A stretch of DNA of 42,136 nt, from NCBI GenBank assembly GCA_000934665.2, contig JYFJ02000861.1, forward strand, positions 62,001 to 104,136, in the 5' to 3' direction. The stretch comes from Catajapyx aquilonaris. Lineage: Eukaryota. The position numbers and the translations under genes were made by a program. Below, piece after piece: positions 1 to 14,654 of the stretch. The notes beneath the pieces are model-generated. The model was not told the origin of the DNA, searched no databases, and was given only the letters and a program-made list of their open reading frames with translations. Within the stretch, counting starts at the first letter, position 1; every line of letters begins with the position of its first letter.

Positions 1-3000
1 GCTTCAAAAAAAAAAACATCCATTAGCCGCAGTAACAGACGGTTCAAAACAACAGATTAGGTGCGAATGGTATTTTGCAACCCGCGACGGCACCTTTCAA
101 AGTCATTTAAAGCCGCTTACTCTCTCGCTCCAAACAAGTTTAGCGCTAAAGACATTTAGCGCCATTGTAAGGCCTGTAACCAATGGCGGCTAATGCGATT
201 ACCCAACAGGTTCCCGTGTCTTTGATGTGGCCTGACATTGACCCTCCCAGAACTAAACTTCCCAACTAGTTTCAGAATCCCGTCCAGGATAACCTAGAAT
301 AATTAAGTCCCACGACCATAAATCATTACCGCAGCCTATGATATTTTTGGCCCAAAATGTCACCACCCTGCAAGCTGATGCGGTAATACTTCCGTGATTT
401 AGGCCCATTATGAGCAGCTTTAGAGTGAATCCCAGCCGTTTTCACCGAGTGGTAAAAGGAGACTATATACGGGCGCAATAAAGAATTTCATGCCAGCTGC
501 TAATTCCCTAATAAATGCTGCATTATATATCACTGATTCAATTATTTTTAGCTGGCAATAGCATGTCTTATGCAGCAGTGACATGGGCGTGTCTAGCCCA
601 AAATTGCAATCTAGAGTTAGAAGGGAAAAGCCGGCCAGACCTGTCTTTCACGCCCTTCAAGGCTCATGAAAACATTTCCGGCCACCAAATCCGGAGCGGG
701 ATGGCAAAGGGACCAGAAACAGGTCCTGGTCCGCCTTCTGAATAATGCGTCGTCATATACGTGAGAACCTCCTTTTGCCCCACTAACTTGCAATTTAGGC
801 AGGAGGGTAGGCTAATAATTTAAATTGCGTTTAGAAGGGGTGGGGGGGGGGCGATGACGGTCTTCCTTGTCACAGTGTGCTCACCATGCCGGGGAAATTG
901 TACTGTACATGGAAAAGGATGAAAAAGCGCGTGACTTGCCTGCTGCTTCCGTAAGCCCCTGATAGAAGCCGTATGACACCTGACGTGTGACTACACGGTT
1001 TTGAGGGTGCAAATTTTTGCGCAATGTGGGTCTTGTCTACATGACAAATTGGCTGACGGGCCAGGATTTGTTCTGGTTTGTGTGCTGTGCCGGATTAATA
1101 TATTTCACTGCTGGGTGTGCACTGATAAGTTTGCTATTGTGCTATAAGAGCGGCGGCCTACCTGGGTAGTCACTTGTGTGGACTAATGATGCGAAATGAC
1201 AGGCACATCAAAATGGGGGAATTAATATCTGCCTAAATTCCCAGCACGACATCAGGGGTGTTTGCCAATATCCGAACTTTCACCAAAAATGCACCTGCTG
1301 CAAGGCTGAAATAGGCCGTGCTTAGACATGGATTAATTTCAGCCAGCAAAACTGTGACGTAATTAGAGGGTGTCCGTAGAAGGAGAAACAACGGTTTTTG
1401 ATGTCACACGGATTCACGGTCAGCCGGTGGAATAAAGAAAGCGCAAATGGTGTCATTTTCGTCGTAAAGTTGCTTCAAAATTATTACCACCGTACTTTGG
1501 CGAGGGTTTCGCAAAATTGTAATATCAATTTGTGTGTTTGTCCAGGTATATGGCAGGTATTTGGCCTATCCGGTACAATACAACTACAAGGAAGTGTGGT
1601 CATCCGACATGCGCTTTTACGGCCCCGCTGTGCACACTTGCAGACTTTTAGGACTTGAACAGTGGAATCGGGGGGTAATCTTGGAATTGCCTAATAAATT
1701 CTAGCCAGCCTTTTCAGCATGGCATAGGCGAGTTAGGGAAAGGATCACGACTGCCCAGAGGCTTGTAGGAAGTGGCAGCCATGCTCTTTTACCTGAGCAA
1801 CAGATGTTGGAAGCCGGCAAATGAAAACGGTCCCGTTACATCAGCGGAGCACTAACTAACCAACAAATCCGCCTTTTTTTTGTCTCTCCCGTCATCAATT
1901 TGAGCGTAATGGAGCTATTTTGCTGCCCTTTGTTGAGGGGGGCGGAGGAGGGCTCTTATAGGAGAAAGTCGTGAGGCCCTTCCCCATCCGTGACTAATGT
2001 CAACTCGGGATTGCTGCACGTTTTACCAACCTTGCTAACTCGGGCTGCATGCATGCATCGGTATATGGTGCCTGCCAGGGATGCACTAACTCCGACCGGT
2101 CTTCCTCTGTCTAGTTCCAAGGAAAAGAAGCATGGGAACTATTTACAATTGCCCAGAAGGAAGACGGACGTGAAGTCGGAAAATTCTCTTGGAATTATGA
2201 AAGATGGTTCTAATGTGTTAATTTTGTTCACACTTTAAGGGCAGTTATTTGGGATGGGGAGGTAATTAATGTATAGGGATTCGGAGTTGAAAGCCTTTTT
2301 AGTTGGACATTTGTATTGTGTGGAGCGACGTAATTCAAAGGGAATAATTTCTTAGGACGTGCCATTAGCACGCTTTGAACTCTAGGACTGATGTAACATC
2401 ACAAGGAGGGTGACAAAGGAGGGTGATCCGATCATTAATTTACAACTGTTGTCCCCGATGCACAATTCGAATATTAACCGCAATAAGAGCAATAATTATG
2501 AGATGTAATTGGGCATAACAGCTGAGATTTCTTCCTTTATCTGTATTACACCCTGTCACGCACATTACCACCAGTTAAATGCGTAATTTGTGGCAAGTGA
2601 AAGTCGATTTTAATCTGCAACGAGTCTGCTGTACTTCGCATCAATTTTCCTTCCAGCCATTTCCCAAGATATTAATTTTTGCATTCGATTAATCTACTAA
2701 CCGGCTATCAGGACGCGTTATCGAGACAAGTGCTAGTGTCAACGTGGGAAGCTAAGGGAGCTTTCATTTTACGGTCGCCTGGTGACTGAATGCAAACTAA
2801 TCTAGAATGTACGTCAGTTTAACGCCGGATAAGCATTAGATATTGAGCTGGTGACTACACGAGTGTGGGTGGTGGACCTGTATTTTTTTTCATGTTCATA
2901 TCTTGGTATTCCATTATGCCTCATGACAGCCTAGATAAGAAGATAGAACTATCTCAGCAGGGTACTCTGAACATTTATCAGCAGACTGCTTTTATTTTGC

Positions 3001-6000
3001 TCGGCTTAAGTTACGCTCCCCTAAGGAAAGACCCACCATTTTGCGCCTCAGTTTGCATACACACTCTTGCATAAGTTATTTACACATTAATTATGTCCGC
3101 CTTTGAAATGGTGCCGGAGATATTGCCACAGGCAGCCTTTTCTCATCTTCAAAGCCCGATTTTGGTATTCCAGTAGGCAAACTCTCCAACAAACCCGACT
3201 TACTTTTGTGGAATCGGCTCACAATATTCTCGGCATATTAAACCGAGGCTTCACTCGAGAATTCGCGTTTTTTTTTAGGAACGACATTGAGGGCGTTCCA
3301 ACTTTGCACTAAAGCACCCCAGTAATGCAATTCGATGGCGGATCCTATAAATACTGCCGCCTGATCGATTGGAAAACAAAGAGTTTGGATGCGCGCCATC
3401 CATATAACCCTCGTGGCCTCTAAATAAACGCGGCCGGGACACTGATTACTCCAACTTTGTAATCAGTATGAGCGACCTGCTTTTCTGGGCACTTCTTGCA
3501 CTATCCTGGTATATGGCCCCTGGTGAAAGGTTTCAGCCTTGATTAGGAGCTGACCTCCTCCTGCTTGGTTGGTACGGCCCCCGCCCGTTTCCTCCTGCTG
3601 ACCCCATTGGCAACCATACTCCTTCATCCGCCCTTCCGTCTTACCACTTTCCATATCTCTTGTATAGTCCTGTCATGCCATCAGCAACCTGTTTCATATA
3701 CTATTGGGCGGTCCACCACCCAGAGGTCATCCACAGCAGGATGGGTGCATGTCTGAACATATTTGGAGATGAATAATCAGGAGTGTCATTTTTGCAAATT
3801 GGAATTATAGGAGCTGACTGCATGCAGCCCTGGAGGCGAAGGTCGGATGATGCAGAGTGTCAAGAGCAAAAAGTGTTTGTCAAAGTTGTTTTCGGAAAAG
3901 GGAGAAAAGGTTTCCTGCTAATTGCCGGGAACTTGTTACACCTGACTGTATAAGTTTATTTTGTGTGAAGTGTGAACGTGTGCAGTAATCTCAACAGAGG
4001 AGAAGTCGAGCCGCTCGATGCAGCCAGGGCGTAATCGCAGTTTGGTCACTTACGAGAAAAAAAGAAAGTTTCTTTCACTCATAAATTGTATAAGTAGTTG
4101 CGAAATTGTTCTGCGAATGCTCGGTACGTGTCTCAACTAGCCAAACGCTTACCGGTCTGCTCTTGACGCGGGTAAAAGTATACACCGTATGCAAATCCGG
4201 CTCAGCTCTTAAAGAGTTAAAACGTGAATTTATTTACATATTGCGCAATGAACTAGCTAGTTTTTCTACTTTCAAACGGCTGGTATTTGCACGGAAAAAA
4301 TAGCTCTTAGAATGTTAAGGTTAAATGTTATGACATTTTAACACGAACTGCAGTTTGTCTCCACACTGCGTAATCTACGTCCTAACGGAATATGATCAAG
4401 AGTGTGCACAGTGAATTACAACTAGGCTTTATGAACACGTATAACCATTACCATAACCGTTACTGTTTCACGTGCAATCCTTGACGTGCATGTCAGCTCC
4501 ATTTATAAACACCGCAATTGGACATTTAGAATCACTCTCAATTTGCAAGGAGACATACTTTTTCAACTCCCACTACTATGAGTGAAGACATTGGGGCGAG
4601 TCGTGGGTAAGGAAAAGTATGTATAAAAAAGTGTGACAGCTTCCGGGGTCACGGTCAATGCTCCACAGCGTGTCCAAAGGCATTTTACCTGTTTAGAGCC
4701 TCTTTCCCACACTGCCTATGCCATTCCCCTCCCTGTGTTTATTTGCTGCCTGACTGTACATGTCTCCTGGATTTTTGTAGGAAGAAGAGAGGGAAATCAC
4801 CAAGACCTTCTTTCCAACCGTGGCGGACTTCATTGTTCTCATGTGCCCCAAATTCCTTTTACAAAGAATCTGCAAAAGGTTATCAGGTCGCAATTTTTTT
4901 GGAACCATATATGCAGTCGCATCGATTTGAAATCGAATTATCATTGTGGGGCAACATTTCCTAATATTTCTCAAGGCGTCTGGTGAGTGGACAGGTTCGT
5001 GGAATACTGGTGGAAAAAGTTACTCGGGGGGGTGAACGTGCTTGCGCAGTGACCAGGGGCGGAAAGAATGATTGGAGGATGACTTTCTTTCCTACTTCAT
5101 CATCCAAAGCCGCGCCATGGTTTGGGTCTCCCCACTTGCAAGGTTAACCGTGAAATCAGGTGTCACTTTTGCCCAAGAAAGGCGCCTTTCTGCAGGCACC
5201 ACGAATGATGAGGAGAAAGCACTTTTCCCCTCGACAGGCCGTGGAAAATCCGTGGAGGTCATATGGACAACGAGGTCCTTTCGCCCGCTGACAATACCAG
5301 ATTCTCCATGTGAAAGAATATCATTTTCGCCTTGCTTTCCACGCTGCTACTGTACTCTCTCGGAATCATAAAACTACTATTACGGTAGCAACAAAACACA
5401 GTCCTTGGACCCGAAATTCTTCTGGACCCACTGTTACGCAGCCACAAAAAAGCAACTCAAGGTTGTAGGCTTTTGGTGCTTTTATGTAAGAATGCAATCC
5501 CCTCATTAGTGGTCTGAAAGGATGGTCTCACACACAAAAAAACCGTAAGAAAAACGTGCATAAAACACCGAAAAAAGTAGGACATATCGGGACCACACTC
5601 GATATGGACTGGTAAATTCCGTAAATCGCATTATGCATGAACCCACCAGCCCATATTGCGCATCGGAGAACGTGGTTGTCATTCATTATTGAAAAACTAT
5701 TACGCGCAGAGAGGAAAATGATAGCTACATGAACCCGTAACAAAATGTGGCTTCCCTGATTTTTTTTTTTTGTAATCTGCTTGTAATGACGATTAGCTTC
5801 GGACATTACATAAAGGTACTCACCTGCTGTGTGCAAACTTTAGCTGTTGCCCTGTGGGAAGTCTGAGCAGGACTGAAGTGAGAGCTGGCCCCAGGTAGCT
5901 GATTTGCTCAGGTAGTCTCGGCAGCCCCACCTAGCAGGAGGTGCGTATATTTACGGTACACGACATTGCGAGGCACTGCCCTCTTGCTTGGTTGCAACCC

Positions 6001-6507
6001 TGACCTCCGGAGACCTTGGCCTTCTCCGCTGCGGCTAATATTGCTCCATTTGGCAGCCATGATTCTGTAGGATAATTAGTTGTTACCGTGTGATCCGCTT
6101 TTGTAGGGACAGATCCAGGAGCTACAGCCATTAGTGGGGTGTGTAATTAAGATTTGTAGGGCTGGAGCGATGTTAATGCCTTGTTGTTATGGAGCGCTTT
6201 TGTTATCTCGGCGTTGGGTTTTGAAAAATGTTGTTAGGGTAGGGGGAAAAAATGACAGATTGATTCATCGACTGACAGCAAACTGGGGGAAAGGTGTTTT
6301 GAAAAAACTTCGTGACATTCCGGCATGTTTGCGTGTTTATTGGTGTCTGAATGCGGGCTTTCTAATTTGGAAGAAGCGCTCTGAGCAAGCGAAAAAGCCT
6401 TGGCTTCTGTGCTCTGAATTTGGGATGAAAAGAAGCGGGGGTCTTTGCTATAGTCCCTTTGGCGAGTTAGCCAAATCTGAAGTCGGGAACAGTTGTTGTC
6501 CTTCCAG

Positions 6508-7981
6508 GCCACATCGCCTCGGTTAGGCAGAGGACAGCACGACAGCTCCTTGGAGACCGACGAGGCAGAAGAAACCGAACTCACCCCCTTGAGGCATTCT
6601 TCTTACGACCGACATCTTCGGACACAGCAACCTTCCTCGAAAAGAGTAGGCAGTGTATGTATCACATCAAGTATCTCTATATGTAAACAGAAAATTCCTT
6701 CCCGACCCATGAATGTCGATATGTATCTCGGAAATGCATATCGATACATATCGAAGAGGGCCGTTTGAAAATAACAATTAATTTTGTTTTTTTTGCAGCC
6801 ATCTCCGGTACGGGGTGAGCCGGAGGGTATTATGATCCGGGTGAAGAAGAGCAAGACTTTTTTGGGGATAGCCATCGAAGGTGGGGCCAACACCAAGCAC
6901 CCATTGCCCAGGATAATTAACATCCACGTACGTTTTAGGAAAGTGTTTGCAGTCTGGGGGCCAGTGTTTGCTCAATGTTGGTTTCTCTTCATTTAGTCTG
7001 AGGGAGCGGCTTACGAGGCTGGAAACCTGAGGGTAGGTCAGATTATTCTGGAAGTGGACGGACAGAAAATGGAAGGTAAGCTTTTTCGCCCAGGTTTGCT
7101 TCCACTAACACGACTAACCAAGCCCTTACTTTGAGTGTGACGATCCGTTAGCTCATTAAAGACAAAATTAAAGCTGAGTTGGTACCAAAAATTGCTAGAT
7201 TGCTTGGCAGAAAATAACTTAGAGTTCGTAACCCGTTGCGGGTCAGGAAGGTGCGACACTGTCACGCAATTCTCGAAACCGTTGATTTAGCGAAACGGCG
7301 TTCCACAACAATAATAGTCATAATTGCAGTCTTTCCTGATCTTTTTGCTTGGAAGAAAGTTAGTAGTGTGCTATACGTGCACGAAGGCTGATGACTTGTT
7401 GATGGTGATGGGGATAACCGAGCAGGTCAAACCAATCGGACGAATCAATACCCAGTAGTTGAACAAACCAGTCCATATAAATGCGGCCGGTTGAGCGAGT
7501 GAGAGTGCCCAGCACGTCATGAATTTGGATCGCAACATTAGCCCAAGAGCTGTCATTGCGCAATGTAAATCGTGTGACACGGGACACTGATGTCGTGACA
7601 GGACAAACGCTTCCTCGGTGCACTTATCCAGGGCGAAAGTATTACAAGTCGACTACCGCCAAGATCGATGACCTATTATGGAACTTCTGATTTAGTAATG
7701 AACGACCAGGTCAGAATCATTCGCTAGTACTTACCGGAACGTTACAGGTTGGGGCTGGGAAAATATTAGTCTTGGGAGCATAAATATGCATGGGTTCCTG
7801 GTATGAAGGCGCAATGTGTTGAAGTGACCTGTTATTAGGTCTGCAGCATGCGGACGTGGCCCAGGTGATCGCCGAGTCGTTTGCCTGCAAAGAAAGGAGA
7901 GAACTGGAGCTCTTGGTGGTGGAGCCCAAGAGGTCGCCTATGGAAATGAGGCGATCGTCCCTCCTGCTGCTACAGAGCTAA
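6508..7981 (+). CDS. WHRN: Whirlin / dyschronic PDZ scaffold, 3' exons only (PDZ3 and C-terminus); 5' part not found in the window
   Basis: Exons 6508-6645 (or 6654), 6799-6927, 6997-7075 and 7839-7981 have GT-AG boundaries and consistent phases. They translate to IRVKKSKTFLGIAIEGGANTKHPLPRIINIH-SEGAAYEAGNLRVGQIILEVDGQKMEG-LQHADVAQVIAESFACKERRELELLVVE...LLQS*, which matches the whirlin PDZ3 signature LGIAIEGGANT.PLPRI. Confidence 0.88.
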
Positions 7982-9296
7982 CCATTCGATAGACTCTACT
8001 GTGCTGTCAGGACTCTCAGCCATGGACATCCGTGTGTGTATCACGCATATGAATATTACTATGCCCTGTGTGCATCCCGCCACGAACAAGTCACCCTTAT
8101 TCATTTATTTGTCATTCTTCGGACATAATGATGTACCAGATGCGACATATCAAACCATTTCATCTTGCAGTTTTTATTGGATGATAAATTGTTAAGAGCT
8201 ATAATTGGCCATGAACGATTTTAGTTATTTGCTTATTGATGCCGAAATTAATTGAATGCAGTTATGGGGTAAAGGTGACTCTTTTTTCCCCCGATATATT
8301 TTTATTTCGTCGCCCCGATTAGAGAGCAAAATAAGGTGGTTTTGTATGTGTTGAAATGAAACTATCATTGCGCAAAAGGCTGGCGGCGATAGCGCAAGAT
8401 GCGGATAAGAAACAGGTTTGTCGAAAATGGATACGATACGTCTACGTTGTGCACAAAAAAAAGGGGGTCGCTATCAGAGTACTTTTTTCGTGACTGGGCA
8501 TAATTAATTAAAGTAAATTTTTGCGCGTTACTGATCACAGGCCCTCATAATTATGCAATATTGCTTCAGAATTGTTAGCAACAGAGTACATGATGCATGA
8601 GCTAGACGAAAAATGATGGTACAGTAGTTTGTTGCTAACATTCCTGCAGTGATTTAACTTGAAAGCATAGTTTCAGTGTCTGAGAGCAAGATATATTCTG
8701 TCAGTATTTATACAAATGTCCTAATTTTATTTCATTATTAATCATGATACTTTATTATATCACCAGTATTATGCCAGTATTGAAAGAGCAAAGATGCACG
8801 GTTTTCCTTCAATAATCTAAATCCAATATTCTCGTGGTGCTTCTCACAGTGAGCAGTGGTCTTGCCATTATTGCAGCTCGATCACAGTAAACTGTGTAAA
8901 AACTAAATTAAGGACGAGTTGTTTTTTTAAAATGGAGAATACGAAAACTGAAGGACCTTTAAAAGTGTACAGAGAATAACCTAATATTATACTACTACAA
9001 CGTCAATTCTTGTACGAGTTATACCTCCAGCATTCAATACATACTCAATGTAATGGCGCTTATGTGAAAGCAATCTCCTTCACCTGATATGTTACTCGAC
9101 AAGTGTTTGCAAAAGAAAGAGGAAAGATTGATGAAAGAAAGACGACCCGAATCCCTTGCACGCGATGACAACAAGGAATTATTGGACATCGGATTAACAA
9201 ACATTGCATTATAATGACTGCCAAGAAAAAGACCGGTCAGTATAGTATATGTGAGTGTGGACGAACCCAACTTAACACTGAAACAACAGTGATGAC

Positions 9297-9358
9297 TTGT
9301 TATTGTTGTTATTATTGTTGCTGTTCTTGTCGTCGTCGTTGTCGTCATCGTCGTTGCT
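9297..9358. repeat. Compound trinucleotide microsatellite (TTG/TTA/TCG)n
   Basis: ttgttattgttgttattattgttg...tcgtcgtcgttgtcgtcatcgtcg. Confidence 0.8.
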
Positions 9359-12196
9359 ACCAAGTAAAATGCGGGATTTCAAAAAATTATAATAATAGGA
9401 CAGTGAGAACTGCAAGGTTGCGTTGTGTTGTGGATTTTAAAAAGGCTGGGAATGTTGAGGCAGAGGCGTAGTCACGTGTCAATTATATACAAACTCTGTT
9501 GTGCAATTGGGTTATCTAGTTTAGTTGCTGATTATCTTGCTTTTAAATCAAGTGCCTTGATGCCTAACATCTGACCTTTCTGTTTTTAGTTTCTTAGTCA
9601 ACATTAGGAATATTGAAGCAACGAATGACCCGCAGGCTTTGTTTGGATCATGTCAAATCGCGACCTATAAATCTTTTAACCTTATTGGATTCAAATTCTG
9701 GCTGCGCCTCGGCCTGACAGATACGCTTTGTGATACAAACCAACATATCAACCTGTTTTTATAAATGCATAATATACAAACTGTACCGTGCAGTCAATGG
9801 GCCTCTTGGGTATTGCAGCAAAATGTACGAGTGTGTACTTATGTATACAACTATACATGTATGTGTAATATAGTGTAAGAAATTATACTTATGTCAATCG
9901 CAGGAGTGGTTTTCATGAGCAGAGGTTTGATGTTTTTAGGGAAGTTAATCAAGACGGGTGGGCTTTGCCTTAAATGTGGGATGATATCATCACTAGGATC
10001 CATGTGCCAAAAAATATTACTTTTATCCACAATGTAGATATATAATTATTATCATTATTATGCTTCAGATAGTCTAAGAAAACATTTGTTATGTTCTTGC
10101 AAATATTCCAGTTAATTGGTTGGGCATGTATATTTCGCTTCAACCTTTTGTGAGGAAAGAGATGAGATTTTGTTTTAAAAAGCTGCTTAACATCAGATAT
10201 CAGGATGTGTGACAATACAAGAAAGTGGGTTTGGCGCTGGTAATTGAACAGTTCAACTGGTGCACATAGATTGCGCAAATATGATTTCAATCTTAGTAGT
10301 CATGTGGACAGCGGGCAAAAATAATTGGTAGTTTAATCATTCTTGTAATAGGTGTGAATGGTCTAGAGAAAAATCATCACACAAATTGCACACTTTTTTC
10401 TGGAAACAAAAGTAAAAAATTATTTTCACTCTATATCTAGAGAAATGACAAACAAATCAAGTGTATTTTTCATTATGGTATCACTAGTGTTGATAAGAGC
10501 CAACACTACTTTTCAGCTGCCACAAACACTTGACAACATGCAGGTGTTGTAACTTCAGTGCTAATATTTGACTGTACAGCAACATCAATATTGAGAGCAC
10601 AAGATGTGCAGAGAATTCAGCAACACTTCCTTGGCTAGGCAGATTTTTGTTTTCAAAGGAAGGCTGTTTTTTGGGCATGTTTTCCCCATCTGCATCGCAA
10701 CATTATTTCAATTGGGTAGATACTAGTCACCTGCATCCAATTCGTGTTAATTGCTTCCCCCTCCTGTCACTTTACAAGATTACGTGAGTAATTTAATTTG
10801 TGGCATCAAAGGAGTGAACAGATCAAATGGTGTCGTCACCCACCATGACCACAAAGTGGTGGGCATGAGCTCAATGACAGACATTAAGTGTCAAGCATGA
10901 AATTTTGTGGGTAGATGTGTCATTAAATAATTAGCATGCGATTTTCTTTTTTACATGAAAACAACCCAAGTTGTGCCTACCAAGCAGTCCCACTTTCTGT
11001 TCATTTCAGTGTGAAACCGTACAAAAAATGACAGTGTCTTTTCTTTTCTGCCTTGCTGCAAATAAATGGAACCCAAAGCCTTTTTGTCCTGCTTGCTGAC
11101 GGTTCATAGCCTGTATTAACACTACACTGTAAGCATGGTTTTGTGTACTGTACCTAGATGAGAACAACGTCAGTGTGCAGTCCAATAACAAAACAAGAAA
11201 AAAAAAATCCACAACAGAATGATGGGAAATGACAAGTGGACAAAAACGGATACATTGCACAATTTTTCTGGTATCTTGAATCTTATGGGGTTGACGTACA
11301 TTTTGTAATGTATAACAAACCAGAACAAGGTAACAGTAAATTTTATATGGACAAGTATGGCCTTTATTCAGGTCCCTTTTGGTTCACGTTTTGCACAGCT
11401 CAGTGTGAAGATTCACAGAGGTAATACTACAATACTCTGAAATGGCTGGATTCCATGTATCACTTTATGAGACTCCTTTGGTAACTAAATTACTAACACA
11501 ATAACATGAACATGTTACACCTTACAATTAGGAAGTGGAGTAGGTTAGGCTATTCAATTGAAGCTGTGATGCATTAGGACTAGACTTTTAGTGGTGACCT
11601 TTATGCAATCCTAACCGAAAACCTATCTCGTTAGGTAGTCATCAGACTCAAAACAGTAATGGAGCAAAGAATTAATTTACACACTAGTGAGGATTACTCT
11701 GCCCATGACTGTACCATTTTTATTGCATAGTTTTTCCCCCCCAATTTTCTGCTTATAGCACTTTTCCACCGGGAAATCCTCACACTGGATTGGATTTATG
11801 TTCAACAAGAGATGGACTTTCCCAGGTAAGTCAAAGCCAAATGCTGTATGTAACAGGCAATGCCTTCCTGGCAGTTTTACATTTATAACTCTTATATCAC
11901 ACTACCCAGGAGAGTTTCATGGCACTCATCCATCGCAAAAGGTGCTGCCACTAAGGCATATCACATTAAATAATGAGAAAATAATTAGTTTCACCTCTCC
12001 TGGGGGAATATCTCTGCATGTATACATTGACACCAGTTACAACTGTTATATTTGCACATATCTGCAACAGATAATATAAAAGTGGCAAACTGTTTATCCA
12101 GGTTGAGTTCAGTGAAGACATAGACATAGACCTTGTCATGATAATTATAGTCCTTTGGTATAAAACTTGTACCTAAAATAGGTTTTTAAATAACAC

Positions 12197-14337
12197 TCAG
12201 TCAAGCCAAGGAATGACGTAATTACGTAAAACAGTAACATTATTGTGCCAGTTCAGGTGATACACCCCTGGAACTTGAATGCGAGTAAACCTGCCATCTT
12301 CGTTCAAGGTCCTCAGTCCAAATACATCCCTTATGTACAGATCCCTGTCCTCCATATTCACCAGAGTCTCATTGTTGTCAAAATAGCCAAACATACTGGA
12401 AAGCAGAGAAAATGGGTTGATCATAATGTTTACATAAGAAGCCCATCACCGCAGTAAATAAAACTGCTATGTATCTCGTCTCAAAAAGAGCATAGCAAGT
12501 ACACATCAACTACGCACCTCAAAAGTAAGGCAAGTAATATTTTAATAATTACAATTGCTCTAAATTGATGTAACAATGCAGATCAGGTCATAGATAGGCC
12601 TCACCTGGATTGCCAAGGAGTGATGACTCCATCATCAGGTCCTCCAATAGCAATCATCCGATTCAAGCGAAGAAAATTGCGCTTATAGTCTGGACTGGCA
12701 GGCGTTTCACGCTCATTGTTGATCTCTACTAGAAACTGCGAGTATTTCTTGTACAGTCGCTGCTCGTGAGGGTCATTCCAGTAGTTAGCCACTGCAGTGT
12801 ACTGCCCCAGATCTGTGTAGAACACTTTGTACACAGTCGACTTGACATAGTTAGGAAAAAATAGGTGCAGAAATTTGTCTGGAAGAAAAGGAAATGTTTT
12901 TGAAAATACAGGCTTTTCACATACAGAGGGGACCAAAAATATGTATAGATATTCAACAATAGAAAACACTGTATATCCTGTAATACTGCCCTTACCTCCA
13001 TACTGGCCAGCTTGAGGTGAACTAAGAGAGACAAAGTTCCGGATATTGTGATCATCCATGGATTGCACTATCCCCCTTGCCACCATACCACCTTGAGAGT
13101 ATCCGATCATGTTGATGCCATCAGGAGAGGAGGCCATGATGGCCCTGCATGCTGCCCCAAACTCTTGCACCTGGTACCAGAGTGGAGCCAGGCTACGCCA
13201 GCCATGCAGCACGTCGATTATGGTTACATTTGTTCCTGGGTGGGCCTGTAAAGGTAAGCCATAGATAAATGGCACGCCATTTCGAAGCACCGGCCAAAAA
13301 AACAAACAAACAAACAAACAAACAAAAAACACCTTGGAAAAAAACACCCTTCAAAAAAAGGAGTGAAAGATCAAAAGTATAGGATGAGGAGGGGATCAAA
13401 ATACATCCAGGTCAATGTATTATGATAGGATTTTTTTGTTTGCATTATCATTAGAATGAAACCACTTTATTTGCACTGCCTTTCCACTCTGCGAAAACAT
13501 CTAAGAGAGATGACATATTACACAACATTGAAAAGCCTATAGTGGGACAACAAAAGAGTTCCTTAGTGCTAGTGGGCAATATTTTCCACTGTATAAATCG
13601 GTATTAATGGTCTACTATAGACAGGTTTCACTGTACTATACAATAATATTGTAATTAATGATTAGTTATTTGAAGTTTCCAGGGAACTACTATAATTTGC
13701 ATCTCACGAGACCACACAAGTGATCTAATTCTAATTTTGCACATGCATACTGTACCACTGCAGTTTGCTGTACGCAGTATTTTACAGGATGTTGCAAGTT
13801 CAGGAGAAATGCCAAGATCCAGTAAGGCCCCCATGACTTGTGGTTTTCATGCTGATAAATAAACCATTCATGAAATCATGCCAGACGGTTTATCAGACTT
13901 GTTTTGTTACGAAGAGGTCTGAAGGCCTTGTGCTATCAAAGTTCAGTGCCACAGCAGTTATGCAGTTGAGATATCATGTAATATGTGCTTATTAATCCAA
14001 AAGTAAACAGCTGTGTAAGCACCCTTTGACTTATTAATGCCGTTTATCAGTTTATGTCGAAATAAGTTTATTTCCACTGTTCCTCACAGGTTGTTTTTTT
14101 TTTTAAATTGTTAAACTCTAGACGCACCTCTTGGATGAAGTCTGCCATGAGCTGCATGCTTCCCCTCTTGTCCATGATGCCATGGAGGATGACCACCGGC
14201 CTGTAGGGCTTCATCCCCTTCATCCCCTGATGCTGCTGCTCCTCTGCCCATGCCCCGTCAGGATGAGTGCACAAGAAGGCCACGGTGACCGTCAAGGTCC
14301 AGACCAGCCACAACACCTGCCGCCACAATGACATCAT
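12197..14337 (-). CDS. PPT2: Lysosomal thioesterase PPT2 (palmitoyl-protein thioesterase family), about 310 aa
   Basis: Exons 14337-14128, 13245-12996, 12878-12605 and 12395-12197 total 933 nt with consistent phases. The protein has a hydrophobic signal peptide, YRPVVILHG, the nucleophile motif GYSQGG, SLSSPQAGQYG, YWNDPH, GGPDDGVITPWQS and a C-terminal His (VPGVYHLNW...IPWLD*). Confidence 0.92.
13299..13328. repeat. (AAAC)n microsatellite in PPT2 intron 1
   Basis: aaacaaacaaacaaacaaacaaacaaaaaa. Confidence 0.85.
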
Positions 14338-14539
14338 CGTTGCACACGTTGAGAGCTGAGAGAAAAGTGCTTCTGCGGCCTTGGTCAAGACCAACTGGGT
14401 GGGTATTGCTGCAGCTGACTTGCTATCAGCTGTTCGTGCCTTTGACGTCTTCAAGTTTCGCATTCAGTCCCAACTAGTTACTCTTCCGGCCGACAGATGG
14501 CGGGAGAGTGGGACCACATCGATGCGCACAGACCGTAAG

Positions 14540-14547
14540 TATCGATA
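14540..14547. promoter_or_regulatory. DRE (TATCGATA) in the PPT2 promoter
   Basis: Exact DREF-site palindrome in a short CpG-rich patch about 200 bp upstream of the PPT2 ATG. Confidence 0.5.
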
Positions 14548-14654
14548 CATCGTGTCGACCGACCCTCTATCAATAATGGTCATTATTGGTCATTAATGAT
14601 GGTATTACAGTAACAATGCAGGAGTGAAACACTCACACAGACCCTTAACGACAC

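Noticed and set aside
1..6500. Many 60-130 aa ORFs upstream of the first whirlin exon found
   Set aside because: No recognisable domains or convincing exon structure; treated as whirlin intron. A small undetected exon cannot be excluded.
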